DNA from: Podarcis melisellensis
Lineage: Eukaryota
Length of the DNA: 64,000 bases
Strand: one strand, 5' to 3'
Assembly: GCA_964234715.1 (NCBI GenBank)
Contig: OZ174275.1
Shown: piece by piece, positions 62,311 to 64,000 of the stretch
How positions within the stretch are numbered: the first letter of the stretch is position 1
Layout: the number at the start of each line of letters is the position of its first letter
Notes under the pieces: model-generated
Seen by the model: only the letters and a program-made list of their open reading frames with translations
The model's database searches: none
What the model was told of the DNA's origin: nothing
Made by a program: the position numbers and the translations under genes

Positions 62311-62562
62311 AATCTATGCCAGGGTCCATTTTGCAACCTAAACCTTTTCTGTTATTTTGTACATCTCATTGGGACATATGCAGGATATGATTAATAAGCA
62401 ACAATAGTACATATTTTGAAAAATAATATTGCATATAATCTATCCCAGGGTCCATTTTGCAACCTAAACCTTTTCTGTTATTTTGTACATCTCATTGGGA
62501 CATATGCAGGATATGATTAATAAGCAACAATAGTACATATTTTGAAAAATAATATTGCATAT
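62311..62562 (+). repeat. 126-bp direct tandem duplication
   Basis: 62311-62436 and 62437-62562 identical except one base (AATCTATG/AATCTATC). Confidence 0.95.
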
Positions 62563-62664
62563 AATTTGCATAATTTATTTGACTTCAGCTAGTGTTAAGA
62601 AATGCAGAGCAATGCGCTGGCAATCTTAGTTCCTCCCATTTTCCTCCTGTTTTCTGTGATTGAA

Positions 62665-62980
62665 AACATGAGAAGAGCTATGCTGGATCAGACCAAAAGC
62701 CTACTCTATTCAACACAGTGGCCAACCAGATCAGTGGCGTAGCGTGGGGGGTGCAGGGGAGGCCGGCCACACCGGGCGCAACATCTGGGGGGGCGCGCTC
62801 ACACTCGCAGCTCTCTACCCCTACCGGGTTAGGGGGCGCAAATTACTTGCCTTGCCCCGGGTGCTGACAACCCACGCTATGCCACTGAACCAGATGGCTG
62901 CAAGCAGGACCCAAGTACAACAGTGCTCTCCCTATTTGCAATTCCCAGCAACTGGTATTCAGAAGGATAACACCTCCAAT
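62665..62980 (-). mobile_element. CR1 3' end interrupted by a hAT MITE
   Basis: AGAAGAGCTATGCTGGATCAG..CACAGTGGCCAACCAGATG..CCAGCAACTGGTATTCAGAAG, same family as 25147-25660. Confidence 0.75.
62732..62887. mobile_element. hAT MITE (CAGTGGCGTAGCGTGGG family), copy 3
   Basis: TIR CAGTGGC(G/A)TAGCGTGGG; 8-bp TSD AACCAGAT. Confidence 0.92.
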
Positions 62981-63029
62981 ATTTGATTGATTGATTACAT
63001 TTATATATCACACTTTTTTTCCAAGGAGC

Positions 63030-63325
63030 TTGTCAATATTCTTCTTAAACTATGGTGACCGGAAGCAGACACTGTACCCCAGGTGAGGTCTGACCAAAGC
63101 AGACTAGAGTGGGCACATTACTTCCCTTGACCTGGGCACTTATACTTGTGTTGATTTTATTGATTTAACATAATCATAATATAAAAACTAATAAACTTTT
63201 TGAAAAGTGATGACCAGAATAACACACATTATTCCAAGTGTGGTCTCACCATAGGCAGTTTTATTTTTCAATCCCTTTCCTAATGGTCCCTAACATGCAT
63301 TTCACCTTTTTCACAGCTGCATCCC
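63030..63325 (-). mobile_element. CR1 ORF2 fragments
   Basis: Antisense CCAGAA..ACACA.TATTCCAAGTGTGGTCTCACCA (LVRPHLEYCVQFW-like) appears twice. Confidence 0.55.
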
Positions 63326-64000
63326 TTTCTATCTGTGTATACTGAATCACATTTGCCATTTTAATACCCTTAAGTGTATTGGCAACATTCACACATTTTA
63401 AACATAATGGAAAGAAACTTTATCTGTAAAAATATTTCAGATAAATATAGCCAAGATTATCAGGATGCCAAAACTCTGAGCTGCGTAGTATCATGGACTA
63501 CGGCGACATCCTAATCCAGGTTATCATAAGGTGCTCATGTATCCTACTTCACAAAGGAGGAGTCCTCTACATGAAAGGATGTTTTTAATTATTATCTTTC
63601 TAGCAGATAAATGGTTCCTAGAACTAAAAATAAAGTAAGATGGGAGAATGGAAGGTCTTGAAATTTGTCAATCAACAGTTAACACCTGGATAGCAGATTA
63701 AAGTTAAATTGGTCACTATGGTGAGATGTACTGTACCTCTATTAAAATGACAGCAATTATTCCCGAATTTGTATTTATTCAAAGAAATTAGCATATGCAG
63801 TGTTTATACAAATCTGTTTCTTTCTTTCTTTTTTGTCCTCCTCTGTGATGATGCATTTCCTCTTTCTTGGCAAATTGTAAGTGACCATGTTACATAATGC
63901 TTAATATTCTACAAGGAAGGCTCAAGCAGTATGTGGACCGAGCACTCCCAGAAGTGCAAGCTGGATTTAGAAGAGGCAGAGGAACCAAAGACCAAATTGC

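Noticed and set aside
45000-64000. LIN52 last exon, the expected upstream neighbour by mammalian synteny
   Set aside because: No antisense match to the recalled ...EMTRGKFLNILEKPKK found; probably beyond the window

Overview
Vertebrate genomic DNA, almost certainly a lacertid-type lizard (Sauria/Squam1 SINEs, tRNA-Lys/CR1 SINEs, BovB, squamate hAT and Tc1/mariner MITEs). The only host gene is the retinal homeobox gene VSX2 (CHX10) on the minus strand. Exons 1-3 lie at 20171-19697, 18552-18468 and 13677-13554, with canonical GT-AG boundaries and a continuous reading frame. Intron 3 runs off the left edge, so exons 4-5 are outside the window. A TATA/CCAAT promoter sits in a CpG island. The ~44 kb upstream carries several homeodomain/POU/SOX motif clusters; one (32661-32810) closely matches my recollection of the mouse Vsx2 bipolar-cell enhancer. 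The rest is a dense TE landscape with three N-gaps. The most unusual object is a 1125-bp non-autonomous hAT element in VSX2 intron 3 (7251-8375; perfect 15-bp TIRs, perfect 8-bp TSD). Its ~820-bp CpG-rich interior ends in an ORF (MASPRRNIELEHFEERDKR...) matching the N-terminus of DCLK2. This looks like a Pack-TIR that captured the 5' end of an unrelated gene and now lies antisense inside VSX2. A second hAT (40822-41154) also appears to carry a captured promoter/first-exon-like fragment. Gene and family identifications come from recalled sequences, not from searches.
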